Assembly (NCBI GenBank): GCA_052170535.1
Contig: JBQNAH010000006.1
Span: forward strand, 15,027 to 79,026
Reading direction: 5' to 3'
Source of the DNA: Campylobacter sp.
Lineage (GTDB): Bacteria > Campylobacterota > Campylobacteria > Campylobacterales > Campylobacteraceae
DNA: 64,000 nucleotides
The notes under the pieces were generated by a model, which did no database searches, was not told the DNA's origin, and worked only from the letters and a program-made list of their open reading frames with translations. How positions within the stretch are numbered: the first letter of the stretch is position 1; each line of letters starts with the position of its first letter. Made by a program: the position numbers and the translations under genes. Positions 63,423-64,000 of this stretch are shown here, in pieces.

Positions 63423-64000
63423 TATAGAAATTTTAAAAGAAATCGGATTAAATGAAGTTTCACGTAAGACACACATAGATTCAAAATATCTAGAACATAT
63501 CATAAATAAAGATTTTGCAAATTTAAAACGCCTAAATGCAAAGGGTTTTACCAAAATTTTGCAACGCGAATACAACATAGATTTTTCAACTTGGATCGAA
63601 GAATACAATACATTTTTAGGTGAACATGCCAATGAAAATACGCAAAATCGTGTTCTAGTCGAGCCAACCATATCAGCTTATAAATCTACATCAAAGAATT
63701 CTCACGGCTTTTTGATAACGATAATTTTTCTAGCCATAATTGCGCTTGGAGCGTGGTTTTTTGAGCTTCACAAATATTTGGACGAACTGCCAAAAATTTT
63801 TAGCGACAAAAACCAAAGCATCAACTACTCAAACACGACCACCGTCCAAACCGCACAGCAAAATTTAGTCATCTTAAAAGAAGAAAACGAATCTGTTGCA
63901 TTGCCACAACAAGATACGAATTTAAGCATTCTTTCTATCAACGACGTTCCAGCACTTGGACCAAATGATACAAATTTAACACAAGAAGTGCAAGAGCAAA
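63415..64000 (+). CDS. RodZ-like membrane protein (N-terminal HTH-like domain + TM), runs off the window
   Basis: MNSIEILKEIGLNEVSRKTHIDSKYLEHII...GFTKILQREY then a hydrophobic helix FLITIIFLAIIALGAWFF. Confidence 0.65.
   Translation, partial: MNSIEILKEIGLNEVSRKTHIDSKYLEHIINKDFANLKRLNAKGFTKILQREYNIDFSTWIEEYNTFLGEHANENTQNRVLVEPTISAYKSTSKNSHGFLITIIFLAIIALGAWFFELHKYLDELPKIFSDKNQSINYSNTTTVQTAQQNLVILKEENESVALPQQDTNLSILSINDVPALGPNDTNLTQEVQEQ

Noticed and set aside
1..64000. CRISPR array, rRNA/tRNA, IS or prophage genes, or a local invertase
   Set aside because: No repeat-spacer pattern, RNA gene signature, transposase or integrase motif was seen by eye; nearly all sequence is accounted for by protein genes

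Overview
AT-rich chromosomal window of a Campylobacter-like epsilonproteobacterium. The CosR-CosS pair and the all-CXXCH NrfA point to a non-thermotolerant species. About 90% is core housekeeping DNA: cosRS, ahpC-fdxA-ndk-rpmF-plsX-fabH, serC, ubiE-xseA, perR, dxs-fliHGF-hisC-pheA-lysA, tal-serB-cheWAV-lpxH-greA-lpxB, nrfHA, surE, gdhA, carB-mreCB-clpX-lpxA-fabZ, queH/miaA, mqnP, moaA-queE-queD and rsmE-rpmE-rsmI-rlmB. No rRNA, tRNA, CRISPR array or transposase was seen. The stand-out is a four-gene defence cassette at 42.4-45.0 kb, directly downstream of carB. It encodes a putative winged-helix/PD-(D/E)XK nuclease, a DpnD-like protein, a DpnII-family restriction endonuclease and a DpnA-like methyltransferase. 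The endonuclease gene is split because its central 291 bp lie in reverse orientation between two 24-bp inverted repeats (23/24 identical). Flipping the segment restores an uninterrupted 274-aa protein. Each repeat is itself a TGAAAA-N6-TTTTCA dyad resembling a tyrosine-recombinase (XerH/difH-type) site, which suggests an intragenic inversion ON/OFF switch for restriction. Other items: a G9 phase-variation tract in a DUF2920 gene, a perfect Crp/Fnr-type box at about -41.5 of nrfH, a PilT-like ATPase lacking its His box, and a signal-peptide-less TupA-like protein. All calls are by eye from motifs and gene order; no database searches were run.
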